From IMG/VR virus record IMGVR_UViG_3300033067_000531: a DNA stretch of 64,000 bases. The stretch is one strand, 5' to 3'. Below are positions 29,769-38,127 of the stretch, in pieces (positions within the stretch are counted from its first letter, which is position 1; each line of letters starts with the position of its first letter). Below the pieces are notes generated by a model that saw nothing but the letters and a program-made list of their open reading frames with translations, ran no database searches and was not told where the DNA came from. This DNA is from a virus (taxonomy: Duplodnaviria > Heunggongvirae > Uroviricota > Caudoviricetes). Made by a program: the position numbers and the translations under genes.

Positions 29769-30437
29769 TTATTTGTTGTTGTTCTTATCATCCAGTTCTT
29801 TAATTGCTTCAATTAATAACGGTATAAGTTTGTAATAATCAACGATATTATATTTACCATCAATCTTAATGTTACTCAGTCCCACTGGGTAATGTTTCTC
29901 AATGTCTTGAGCAGACACACCAGCAGACAATGAGGTATCTAATCCTAATCGTTCAGCTTCGGCGTTGCCTTCAAATATAAAACCAGTTAAGGACTTAACA
30001 ATGTCTAATGCACCAGTGATATCAGACTTTCTGTTTTTCAATCTATCATCGGACCAGAAACAGTTACAGTTGCAATTACAGTTGTAAACACGACTCTTTG
30101 ATGTGGTACAATTATACACTGGATCACAGTTACAGTTGGCTTGATAATACTTTTTAGTATCACAATTTCTACAATTCGTCAGAGCAACTTGAATACAGTT
30201 TGCACATTGAATATTTCCTGTGCAATTACAATTCGTTACTGCTGGGTTTGGAGCTGAATCGCAGTTTCCATCCATGTTTCTCTGATAGTATGTTTTTCCA
30301 TGCAAACTATCATAGTTGTTTGGATTGCCTTTTGTGTTATCTTTAACCCAACTCATTGCCAATTGAGCGGTGCTGGGTAGTACCGCTTCTTCATTTATGT
30401 TATGTGCGGCAATTTGTCCGGATGCTGGTAAAGTCAT
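29769..30437 (-). CDS. Cys-rich (Asn-Cys repeat) protein fused to C-terminal intramolecular-chaperone auto-cleaving domain (Peptidase_S74-like)
   Basis: 14 Cys in about 75 aa, 13 of them as NC dipeptides (NCNCTGNIQCANC...NCNCNCNCFW). Followed by 'SDDRLKNRKSDITGALDIVKSLTGFIF...SAGVSAQDIEKHYP...DYYKLIPLLIEAIKELD', the endosialidase/tail-fibre chaperone motif SDxRLK. Confidence 0.6.
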   Translation of the reverse strand: MTLPASGQIAAHNINEEAVLPSTAQLAMSWVKDNTKGNPNNYDSLHGKTYYQRNMDGNCDSAPNPAVTNCNCTGNIQCANCIQVALTNCRNCDTKKYYQANCNCDPVYNCTTSKSRVYNCNCNCNCFWSDDRLKNRKSDITGALDIVKSLTGFIFEGNAEAERLGLDTSLSAGVSAQDIEKHYPVGLSNIKIDGKYNIVDYYKLIPLLIEAIKELDDKNNNK

Positions 30438-30474
30438 TTGTTAATGTCCTAATAAAATACTGTGGATATTTATC

Positions 30475-31236
30475 CTAGTACCCCAGTTTTTCACACGACA
30501 CAATCCAGTCCTTGACCAAACTGGAACGAACAATATCATCTGGAGTAAAGTAGATTTCTTGAAATGCCTTCATGTTTCTGGCCACTTCACGGAATGAATG
30601 GAACGCACTTTGGTCACGATTATTCTTAATCAAGTCTGTTTGCTTGAAGTCACCACAGAAAATGATTTTAGAACGGTGTCCGCAACGGGTAATAATTGTA
30701 TTGACTTCCGACCAGTTTAAGTTCTGGTTTTCGTCTACAATTATGATTGCATCGTCAATAGAAATACCACGAATAGCAGTAGTACTAATAAATCTGGCAT
30801 GACCTTGTTCCTTCAATCTGTCCCATGCATCAGGACGACCAAACAAAGTGGTACAGATTTCTTTGTATGGCAATTCATAGATTTCTTGTTTTTCTTCCAA
30901 GTTACCTGGAAGGTGACCAACTTCACGTAATTGTACCAAAGAACGTACAACCACAATTTGTTTGAATGAGTTGGTTTTGTCCAACACTTCTTCAATGGCT
31001 TTATACAATGCTAAGAATGTTTTACCTACACCTGGACTACCAAATAGTCCCATGAAATAGGCACCACCCTTATACATTTCAAAAAATAACCTTTGATTCT
31101 CCGTTAGAGGTTCAAAAGTTTTCAAGTGATCCAGTTTGATTCGTAAAGCATTACCTGTTGCAGGCTGATGTTTATGTTTGTGTGGATCGTTTAGTTCCAG
31201 TTCTTCTCTTGGTTGAACTTGCTTCTTTGTTGCCAT
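30475..31236 (-). CDS. phoH: PhoH-like ATPase
   Basis: Walker A 'GSPGVGKTFLAL', Walker B 'IIIVDENQN', PhoH-like overall pattern; 253 aa. Confidence 0.8.
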   Translation of the reverse strand: MATKKQVQPREELELNDPHKHKHQPATGNALRIKLDHLKTFEPLTENQRLFFEMYKGGAYFMGLFGSPGVGKTFLALYKAIEEVLDKTNSFKQIVVVRSLVQLREVGHLPGNLEEKQEIYELPYKEICTTLFGRPDAWDRLKEQGHARFISTTAIRGISIDDAIIIVDENQNLNWSEVNTIITRCGHRSKIIFCGDFKQTDLIKNNRDQSAFHSFREVARNMKAFQEIYFTPDDIVRSSLVKDWIVSCEKLGY

Positions 31237-31353
31237 TAATGCTCCCTGTTAATAATGCACAAATCTTATAATTATTCTTTTTTCGTTCCACAAATTTAGG
31301 AGTCAATTTTGTGGATAACGTTTTACTGCCAGAGGATAGTAGGTACGCTTGCA

Positions 31354-31629
31354 TTACCACTCTCTTGGCATTTTTGTTTTGTGGCCACTCATGGTGTTAC
31401 CAGGAATAGTCTCTTTCATGCGTTGAATCACACCACGTTCAAATGCCATATGTGATTGGCCGATACCAGGAACGGACATACGTTGACCGTCACCTAAACC
31501 AACAACATCTTCCGGTGCAAAGTAACGCACGAGGTGTGGATTATCTTCTTTAAACTTGTCATACTCCGCAAGGCGCATTGTATGTTCTTCAACTTTACCG
31601 GTATTATTATTTAAAAATGTGTAAATCAT
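31354..31629 (-). CDS. Hypothetical protein (91 aa)
   Basis: ORF track; ATGA-type overlap with downstream neighbour. Confidence 0.45.
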   Translation of the reverse strand: MIYTFLNNNTGKVEEHTMRLAEYDKFKEDNPHLVRYFAPEDVVGLGDGQRMSVPGIGQSHMAFERGVIQRMKETIPGNTMSGHKTKMPREW

Positions 31630-32180
31630 AGTTGTGTATTAGCGTACCAAGATGGTGTTGCACGATTTTTCCATGACGCAAGGTGCGTCTTATTACTTAT
31701 ATAGTAATTATGATACGATTTGATAGAATCGCCGGCCACTTTTACTTCATCAGGCATTGCTGGTGTAGGTTCAGTGAAACGGTTGGACATTTTGATATTT
31801 TGTGGATTGTTGGCCAATAAAGCCACTAGGCCATCACGTTCACACTTGTGGACTTTACCGTAACGATAGGTGTATTCTTTGCATAGAGCAACCAGCAATG
31901 AATGTAACCACATATATTCGGCATAACCACGGCGACACCAGATGGCTGATGGGTGGTTCAAGTGTGTTGCTTTGTATAGAACGTGCTCACGCAGTGGATC
32001 ATTCAGTTTGTAACGTGTAATTTTACGACCAGAAGAACTGTCAATATACAATTCACCGTCAATAACACGGTGAGCTGTAGACAAGAGTTGACAATACTCA
32101 AGGATCATTTTTACACAATGCTTGTCGTTGTGCATTTGCGCACATTTTACGGGGTCATGGTCGAGATAAAAGATATTCAT
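31626..32180 (-). CDS. Conserved phage hypothetical protein (184 aa), N-term 'MNIFYLDHDPVKCAQMHNDKHCVKMILE'
   Basis: ORF track; N-terminal motif recalled from a family conserved in phages (exact family not recalled). Confidence 0.45.
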   Translation of the reverse strand: MNIFYLDHDPVKCAQMHNDKHCVKMILEYCQLLSTAHRVIDGELYIDSSSGRKITRYKLNDPLREHVLYKATHLNHPSAIWCRRGYAEYMWLHSLLVALCKEYTYRYGKVHKCERDGLVALLANNPQNIKMSNRFTEPTPAMPDEVKVAGDSIKSYHNYYISNKTHLASWKNRATPSWYANTQL

Positions 32181-32198
32181 AACGAGTATTATACCACA

Positions 32199-32483
32199 TC
32201 ATCCAACAAATGGCAAGCGTACACGTGGAACGTCTTTCCAGGGTTCTTTTATGAAACCTACACCATAATTATCATGTTCGGTCACCTGCACTTGCAGTCC
32301 GACCTTCACCACATCACCATTCTTATCCTCATATTCAGCCACACGGAATTCATAAGATAGTGGTTTTGCCAGCATAACGGAAGATTGTGGAATCTCCATT
32401 TTCAATGGGCCACCCGAACCTTGATAAACCGTTGATGATGTATTAAATGTTGTACAAACCGTTTGTGTGTTTAGGAATTCCAT
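32199..32483 (-). CDS. Hypothetical protein (94 aa)
   Basis: ORF track; minus-strand array. Confidence 0.4.
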   Translation of the reverse strand: MEFLNTQTVCTTFNTSSTVYQGSGGPLKMEIPQSSVMLAKPLSYEFRVAEYEDKNGDVVKVGLQVQVTEHDNYGVGFIKEPWKDVPRVRLPFVG

Positions 32484-32764
32484 AACATTCTCACCAGCCC
32501 AACACTATCAATGGTGGTGAGCAAGATATAGTTAGCCAACATGCCAAAAGATTTACGAGTCCAAGCAGCCCAAGCGTACATAGCACAACCGCAAATCCAA
32601 ACAGGATATAGAGAAAGTAGTGGAGGATTGGGAACCGTGAACGCCATGGTGAGTGAACATCCAATAGATATAACCCAAGCAAGAAGCTCCACTGCAAAAC
32701 GAGTACGGTTAGATGACCAATCATCTTTAATCCATCCAAACGTACTCAATAAAATGTCGTTCAT
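32471..32764 (-). CDS. Small membrane protein (97 aa, 2-3 TM)
   Basis: Hydrophobic segments 'FAVELLAWVISIGCSLTMAF', 'LYPVWICGCAMYAWAAW'. Confidence 0.45.
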   Translation of the reverse strand: MNDILLSTFGWIKDDWSSNRTRFAVELLAWVISIGCSLTMAFTVPNPPLLSLYPVWICGCAMYAWAAWTRKSFGMLANYILLTTIDSVGLVRMLWNS

Positions 32765-33096
32765 TTCTTAGTTGTTTTGGTGGTCTTACCGATAGTTGGG
32801 ATTTCCAATTCATCTTCTTGCTTAACGAATTCACGTGGTTCACCCAAAGGTTTATCGGTTGGTTTAGGGAAACGGCGAGCAATATCTTCTGCTGTCACAG
32901 TTTGCATAGCAAATTGTTTAAACATGGAGTAATCTTCTTTGACACGCATGGCGCTCTTTGAGTTCATACCTGCACTGTCAGTCATAAACAATGCACAACC
33001 ACCAGCTGTCAAGGGTGCAATTTCAACGATATGGTCCAAGTTGACAATAACAGGACAACCCTTATCAACGGACGTAACTTCAACAAACAAACTCAT
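32761..33096 (-). CDS. Hypothetical protein (111 aa)
   Basis: ORF track. Confidence 0.45.
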   Translation of the reverse strand: MSLFVEVTSVDKGCPVIVNLDHIVEIAPLTAGGCALFMTDSAGMNSKSAMRVKEDYSMFKQFAMQTVTAEDIARRFPKPTDKPLGEPREFVKQEDELEIPTIGKTTKTTKK

Positions 33097-33098
33097 AA

Positions 33099-33263
33099 TT
33101 ATTCACCCTTATCTTTAAATTTTGATTTTCTGTAATCTTCTTCAGCCAATGCTGCCTGAATGAAGGATTGTTTCCACAGGTCTCTTTCCTGTTTATTTTT
33201 GATACCACCCAACATATTTTTGGTTGCGTTAGGCATCTTAAAGTTTTTATCTGGCTTTCTCAT
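33099..33263 (-). CDS. Small basic protein (54 aa; MRKPDKNFKMPNATKNMLGGIKNKQ...), below the 60-aa ORF-track cutoff
   Basis: Hand translation; fills the 33.10-33.27 kb gap; stop 2 nt before next ATG. Confidence 0.35.
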   Translation of the reverse strand: MRKPDKNFKMPNATKNMLGGIKNKQERDLWKQSFIQAALAEEDYRKSKFKDKGE

Positions 33264-33275
33264 ATACTCACTTTC

Positions 33276-33527
33276 TTATTTTTTGTCACAATCTGTAACA
33301 CGAATCAAATAAACTGTCACATCGTCATTAGGTCGAACGAAGAAACACTGACCTTTAATGTCCCATGTAAGATGGTTCTGAATACCGTCTTTGTAGTCTT
33401 TCAGTACTGGATTACTTTTTGGTTGTAATGGATCCGTCCAAAAAAAATAACCAGCAACAACAAGGAAAATTAACAACTCAAGTAATGGTCTACCTTTGTT
33501 TTTTAAGAAATCCCAAATCTTACTCAT
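33276..33527 (-). CDS. Small membrane protein (83 aa)
   Basis: ORF track; 'LLELLIFLVVAGYFFW' TM. Confidence 0.4.
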   Translation of the reverse strand: MSKIWDFLKNKGRPLLELLIFLVVAGYFFWTDPLQPKSNPVLKDYKDGIQNHLTWDIKGQCFFVRPNDDVTVYLIRVTDCDKK

Positions 33528-33767
33528 TTAAACTCCGTGTGTAACTTTATATATGACCCATGCAAGGAAGCACAGAACAAAAATAAACAACAGAATGAAG
33601 TTCATGTTGACACATTCTTCCGCATAGTATTCTTTTTCCAACTTGATAAAGTCTCTCTGTGCTCTTACCATTTCAGGTGCTTCTCTTTCACCTCCAAGCA
33701 TTGTAACAGATTTTTCTGATTCGTGCAAGCGTCTTAGTGCCGAGAAGTAGTGTACATATCGCATCAT
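33528..33767 (-). CDS. Small membrane protein (79 aa)
   Basis: ORF track; C-terminal TM 'FILLFIFVLCFLAWVIY'. Confidence 0.4.
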   Translation of the reverse strand: MMRYVHYFSALRRLHESEKSVTMLGGEREAPEMVRAQRDFIKLEKEYYAEECVNMNFILLFIFVLCFLAWVIYKVTHGV

Positions 33768-34321
33768 AGAAAACCATCCTCATTTTGTGCTGGTGTCTGT
33801 GGTTCTGCATCCGAATGACGATACACATATTCTGGTTCCTCTGGTGCTGTATATGGAAAAGTTACAGGCACACGAGACTCACGGCAGGTGTAATATGATT
33901 TATACACTCTCATGCCTGGATAACCTTCTTCATCAGAATCTAATTGGCGTCTACTCCATTCCCAAAAGACTTTACCATCAATATCGTAGGCATTACCATC
34001 TTCATCCTTGAATACGGAAGAAAGTCGGTTGTTTTGATATGTGATATGGCCATTACCATAATCATGTTTGACCCATTCATCATCTTCGCCGGTCAATGGT
34101 GTCAGTGGTTTGAATGATGCAATTTTCTGAAACAGATTGATTGCATAAGGTGCGGTAGAACCGGAGTGACCTTCTTCGGAGAAAATCTCAATCAATTTCA
34201 TTACATGTTTGCAAATCATGCTTTGCATTTCGTCTTTGAATGTACCATCATCATTGATCCATCCTGCGGCCTTGAATTCTCTCAAAGCATGTTTTTCAAA
34301 GTTATTCATTTTCGCTCCCAA
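33764..34321 (-). CDS. Hypothetical protein (185 aa)
   Basis: ORF track. Confidence 0.45.
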   Translation of the reverse strand: MGAKMNNFEKHALREFKAAGWINDDGTFKDEMQSMICKHVMKLIEIFSEEGHSGSTAPYAINLFQKIASFKPLTPLTGEDDEWVKHDYGNGHITYQNNRLSSVFKDEDGNAYDIDGKVFWEWSRRQLDSDEEGYPGMRVYKSYYTCRESRVPVTFPYTAPEEPEYVYRHSDAEPQTPAQNEDGFL

Positions 34322-34569
34322 AGTTTACCACTCATACCACAAGTAGCAAACCATACTTTTTCACGTTCATCACGGCAACTGGATCCAACAACTTCTGTGG
34401 CCGCTAAAGACCAAGGATCTTTGGAATTGACCACTGGATGGTTACATCGTAAAGTCCAAGTGCTGTGTCGGTCTGGTGAAGACCATTTACATTCTGTGCA
34501 GTATTTAACTCGTTTCATTATTTCTCCAAGTCGCCAAAGGTAAAATGTCTTCCATTGTTTGACCTTCAA
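34306..34569 (-). CDS. Small Cys-rich (Zn-ribbon-like) protein (87 aa)
   Basis: 'CTECKW...CNHP...CRDE...CGMSGK' four-Cys pattern. Confidence 0.4.
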   Translation of the reverse strand: MKVKQWKTFYLWRLGEIMKRVKYCTECKWSSPDRHSTWTLRCNHPVVNSKDPWSLAATEVVGSSCRDEREKVWFATCGMSGKLWERK

Positions 34570-34789
34570 TCTTTAACAACATTTCAATCATAATTTGAAA
34601 TAGACTGATAGTGAATCCTGATGCCAAACCACCATACACACACATATCTAAAACTTCCAACACCTGCAATGAGGTTGGTTGGTCATCCCATTTTCTGATT
34701 AGTGGAAACACACAGGCATCTAACTGCCCATCAGGTGCTTCCAATATCAAATCTCTCAGTTGTTTCCAATCATCCATAATCAATCCCAC
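34505..34789 (-). CDS. Hypothetical protein (94 aa)
   Basis: ORF track; overlaps neighbour by 65 nt so true start may be internal. Confidence 0.35.
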   Translation of the reverse strand: MGLIMDDWKQLRDLILEAPDGQLDACVFPLIRKWDDQPTSLQVLEVLDMCVYGGLASGFTISLFQIMIEMLLKIEGQTMEDILPLATWRNNETS

Positions 34790-35427
34790 AAGGTACGGAA
34801 GTATTTACCAAACAACACCAAACCACGGTCAATACGTGCATTGTGTGCGTTCAAACCTTCACGGTCAACTTTCATTTTACTAACTTGTGACATAATATCG
34901 TCATCATAGTTACATTCGGAATGGTCATAGAATTGTGATTCGTGGTCTTCATCACACAATTGTTCAAATGTCCAAATCATTTCATCCAAGACCCATTCAT
35001 AACGAGCCTCAGCATTACCATCCCATTCCCATGATTCTTTTGGAAGTGCATAGATGGATTGTAGTTGTTTTGGTACATCTTCATCGTCAATCATTCCATA
35101 ACCTTGTTTGGTTGCCTTGAGTTGTTTCAACATAGGCAGAATGATGGGAGACAAAGTGTGGTCCATAGACCAAGTGTCGTAGTAATGAATCTTTATAACG
35201 TCTTTATTCCAAGGAAGTTGACGGCGTTTCTTGTCAAACCAAGTTAGGAACTTGGACAACAAAGATTGTCGTTTATCACCAGCCAAGAAGGTACCAAAGT
35301 TGTGTACCCAATCTGGTTTATCTTTGAAACCGTATTGGTCTTTGGTACTTGGTGCCCAAAAGCATAGTGCTTCGGCCAATTGATATGGACCGAACCACGA
35401 TACTGGTTTTTTCAACTTAACTTTCAT
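34780..35427 (-). CDS. Hypothetical protein (215 aa)
   Basis: ORF track. Confidence 0.45.
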   Translation of the reverse strand: MKVKLKKPVSWFGPYQLAEALCFWAPSTKDQYGFKDKPDWVHNFGTFLAGDKRQSLLSKFLTWFDKKRRQLPWNKDVIKIHYYDTWSMDHTLSPIILPMLKQLKATKQGYGMIDDEDVPKQLQSIYALPKESWEWDGNAEARYEWVLDEMIWTFEQLCDEDHESQFYDHSECNYDDDIMSQVSKMKVDREGLNAHNARIDRGLVLFGKYFRTLWD

Positions 35428-35711
35428 TTGTAATCCACTTCATTAATACTATCTAATTTCTGTTCCTTGGTCCAACCTTTTAGGTAGTCGTTATCTTTAT
35501 CAAACAACTCCAAGTATTGTTCTTCTGTCAACTCACGTGAGGAGAAGATGTGTGTGCCGATGTGTTCTTGTGAAAACTCTTTGAAGTCTGTGTTATGTTC
35601 TTCCATCACAACTTCATCCAATGCGTGTTCTTCACTGCGAGCCTTAACAACATAACGCATACGGAAGGTGGACATTACATCAACCACATATAACTTCTTA
35701 GATTCGTCCAT
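35424..35711 (-). CDS. Hypothetical protein (start trimmed to MDESKK..., 96 aa)
   Basis: ORF 35424-35843 overlaps the exonuclease by 145 nt; internal ATG at 35711 has GGAGAAAAGAG SD and lies just after exonuclease stop. Confidence 0.4.
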   Translation of the reverse strand: MDESKKLYVVDVMSTFRMRYVVKARSEEHALDEVVMEEHNTDFKEFSQEHIGTHIFSSRELTEEQYLELFDKDNDYLKGWTKEQKLDSINEVDYK

Positions 35712-36138
35712 CTCTTTTCTCCAACATATATGAATCACGAATAGCACGTGCATCCCACAAGGCATTATGTGGTACCTGTGAATTATAACGGATATTAAAG
35801 TCCAAGGCAAACTGTATGTTGTGTAGTGGCCACAGGCATTCACCAGGACCAGTAATCAATGATTCGCATAGGTGTCGAATGTCATCTGGCCAATCCGCAA
35901 CGATGGTGCATGGTCCAATCATGTATAGGTACCGTTTCAGGTTTTCTTGGAATTGTTTACGGGTAATCGCAGTCAAAAATAGTGATGGCACTACATTAGT
36001 TTGCACCCAAGGATCAATTGGTTTATCAATTACAATTTCATTATAGAAATCTGGTTTGGTTGGATCTTCTGGAACCAACGCCATTGAAATCAATTCACCC
36101 TGAAAACTATTAAATTCTGTATCCAAAAACAACTTCAT
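35698..36138 (-). CDS. DEDDh 3'-5' exonuclease (DnaQ/RNase T-like; DexA-like)
   Basis: Exo I 'LFLDTEF', Exo III 'HNALWDARA'. Confidence 0.6.
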   Translation of the reverse strand: MKLFLDTEFNSFQGELISMALVPEDPTKPDFYNEIVIDKPIDPWVQTNVVPSLFLTAITRKQFQENLKRYLYMIGPCTIVADWPDDIRHLCESLITGPGECLWPLHNIQFALDFNIRYNSQVPHNALWDARAIRDSYMLEKRDGRI

Positions 36139-36395
36139 TGCTTATTCCATTCTTTGACCATCATGTGGTACATCTTAAAAATTTCATCTTCAACGGATGG
36201 TCGAACCTTACCATCAATATCATCCAGTAAGTCCTGCAACAGGTCAATCTGACCTTGTTTCCATCTACGGTCAAAATCATTGTGTGCAGTATCACGAATG
36301 TCCTTGTGCCACAATATACTCAGTTCCAAATAAATGGCAAAATCATCCAAGGACATTGGATGTGTCAGTCGAAAAGGTATATGAGGTATTGTCAT
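36135..36395 (-). CDS. Hypothetical protein (86 aa)
   Basis: ORF track. Confidence 0.4.
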   Translation of the reverse strand: MTIPHIPFRLTHPMSLDDFAIYLELSILWHKDIRDTAHNDFDRRWKQGQIDLLQDLLDDIDGKVRPSVEDEIFKMYHMMVKEWNKQ

Positions 36396-36616
36396 TCTTC
36401 AACTCCGAAATGTTCTTTAATAAGTTCAGCAGAATAATTCATACCTTTTGACCACGCTTGATTATCTTTAGCCCATTGATTAGACTTGATTGTATCAACA
36501 CATTCAGCCACAATCAACTCGGCGAACTTTTCCATAAACTTTGTCTGCTCATCCCAAGAATCATCTTGAGTTGTTTTAGCAGCCTGTTCCCAAAGTTCTT
36601 TAATTCGTTCGTTCAT
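36392..36616 (-). CDS. Small protein, MNERIKEL...EHFGVEE paralogue family member 1
   Basis: Paralogous to 47110-47325 and 50355-50558, with conserved N- and C-termini at protein and DNA level. Confidence 0.55.
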   Translation of the reverse strand: MNERIKELWEQAAKTTQDDSWDEQTKFMEKFAELIVAECVDTIKSNQWAKDNQAWSKGMNYSAELIKEHFGVEE

Positions 36617-36748
36617 TGTGCCAATTTTTCACAAACAGGAATCGCATTGAGTATGAAGGCAAACAGGTTGATCCAACACAACCAAGAGGTTGGTTTCTCA
36701 ATATAAAAATACATGAACAGAAAACCATTCAGTATCACAAAAAACAGA

Positions 36749-36883
36749 TTAACGAATACCATAAATTTTCAATACTTTTTCCGGTGGATGGCCACATGCC
36801 ACATAAAACTGATCCTTGGTATTGGGCACCTTGCGGATAACCCAATGACCTCGGACAGTAAACCATTTCAATTCATCATCCAT
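36749..36883 (-). CDS. Small protein (44 aa, MDDELKWFTVRGHWVIRKVPNTKDQFYVACGHPPEKVLKIYGIR)
   Basis: C-terminal part of ORF 36749-37051 that does not overlap the phosphoesterase; GAGG SD 7 nt upstream of ATG. Confidence 0.3.
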   Translation of the reverse strand: MDDELKWFTVRGHWVIRKVPNTKDQFYVACGHPPEKVLKIYGIR

Positions 36884-36884
36884 A

Positions 36885-37736
36885 TCAAACCTCGATGTAT
36901 TGAAGTTTGAAATTGTCAGCCAAATCTTCGTAGTTGATGTAACCACGTGGGTTAGCAACAACACGAGTAGAACCAACCATGTAATCGAATGGCTCGTGTG
37001 TATGACCATGAGTCCACACTTTGATTTGTGGACGGTCCAAGATGAAATCACTCAAATCGGAACTGTATGCACCGTTAATGAGTTGTTCACCTTTGTAACG
37101 TGGGTGAGTTGATTGTTTAGTTGGTGCATGATGACCAACAACAACAAACTTTGCCCATGGCCATGCAGCACAGGTTGCACTGATATGTGCCAACATTGCT
37201 TTGTGGTCTTCAACCACATCAGCAGGCATCAAACGAGCAATGCGCTCATGTGAGTTACCATCTTCATCACGGAAGTATGTGACATTCTTGCTGTTAGTGA
37301 CTGTCTTAAAGTCATTCATAACACCAGTGATGGCGTACATGGTATGTGGATCTTCCTTGTTCATGTCAGTCCACAAAGTACCACCAATGAAAGTCACATC
37401 TCCAAAGACAAAGTTTTCTTTATCCAAGATATGGAGATTTTCACGGTGACCAAGATTCTTTCTCAACAGATTGACTGTGTATTGAAAGTCACCATGGTAG
37501 TGTTCGTGGTTACCCATAACGTATAGAACGTGAGGGAATTCTTCACACACTTGATTGAAAAACTTTTGCAACATCAAGGACTTGCTTGTGTCCATGATTT
37601 CGTAAGGATCAGGAGAACGCAAGTCTTTGGCCACCAGAATGTCACCGGACAACACCAGCACATCGGCACCTTCGGTATTAAACAATTCAATCGGACCAAA
37701 TTCCAAATGGATATCCGAGGCCAAAGCAAACTTCAT
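36885..37736 (-). CDS. Calcineurin-like metallophosphoesterase
   Basis: 'DIHLE', 'GDIL', 'GNHEHY', 'GHTHEP' motifs. Confidence 0.7.
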   Translation of the reverse strand: MKFALASDIHLEFGPIELFNTEGADVLVLSGDILVAKDLRSPDPYEIMDTSKSLMLQKFFNQVCEEFPHVLYVMGNHEHYHGDFQYTVNLLRKNLGHRENLHILDKENFVFGDVTFIGGTLWTDMNKEDPHTMYAITGVMNDFKTVTNSKNVTYFRDEDGNSHERIARLMPADVVEDHKAMLAHISATCAAWPWAKFVVVGHHAPTKQSTHPRYKGEQLINGAYSSDLSDFILDRPQIKVWTHGHTHEPFDYMVGSTRVVANPRGYINYEDLADNFKLQYIEV

Positions 37737-37761
37737 TTCTATCTCCTAAAACTCTATTATA

Positions 37762-38127
37762 TCACCAAGTCAATGAAGTGGCAACCTTATTTTCCCGTAG
37801 GATTCTAACTTGTGTATCCGGTACAACAAAAATCCTTGCATGGAACCGGTGGACACCACTGGCCGCATCCTGTATCTTGGTAAATTCGATATTTTTATCT
37901 TCAAACATTTTTTCAACCAATTGATTCATCAATCTCAATTTGATTTCCATTGGATCAATTGGTTTTTGCATCATATCATAATCCGATACAACGTATGTCA
38001 CAGTGAACATCTTACCTTGAATTGCATGTTGCATTTGATTAAAGGTGGTACCACCACTATTGGCATTGGTGATTGCTGTATTCCAAGGATTGTTTACTAT
38101 TGTATTTGGATAATTAATTGCCATATT
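37762..38127 (-). CDS. Hypothetical protein (start likely MAINYP...)
   Basis: ORF track; start trimmed to reduce overlap with upstream gene. Confidence 0.4.
   Translation of the reverse strand, partial: NMAINYPNTIVNNPWNTAITNANSGGTTFNQMQHAIQGKMFTVTYVVSDYDMMQKPIDPMEIKLRLMNQLVEKMFEDKNIEFTKIQDAASGVHRFHARIFVVPDTQVRILRENKVATSLTW

Noticed and set aside
31172-31360. 62-aa minus-strand ORF spanning the PhoH upstream region
   Set aside because: It overlaps the PhoH start and the promoter/hairpin region. It is Lys/Thr/Ser low-complexity and is judged spurious.
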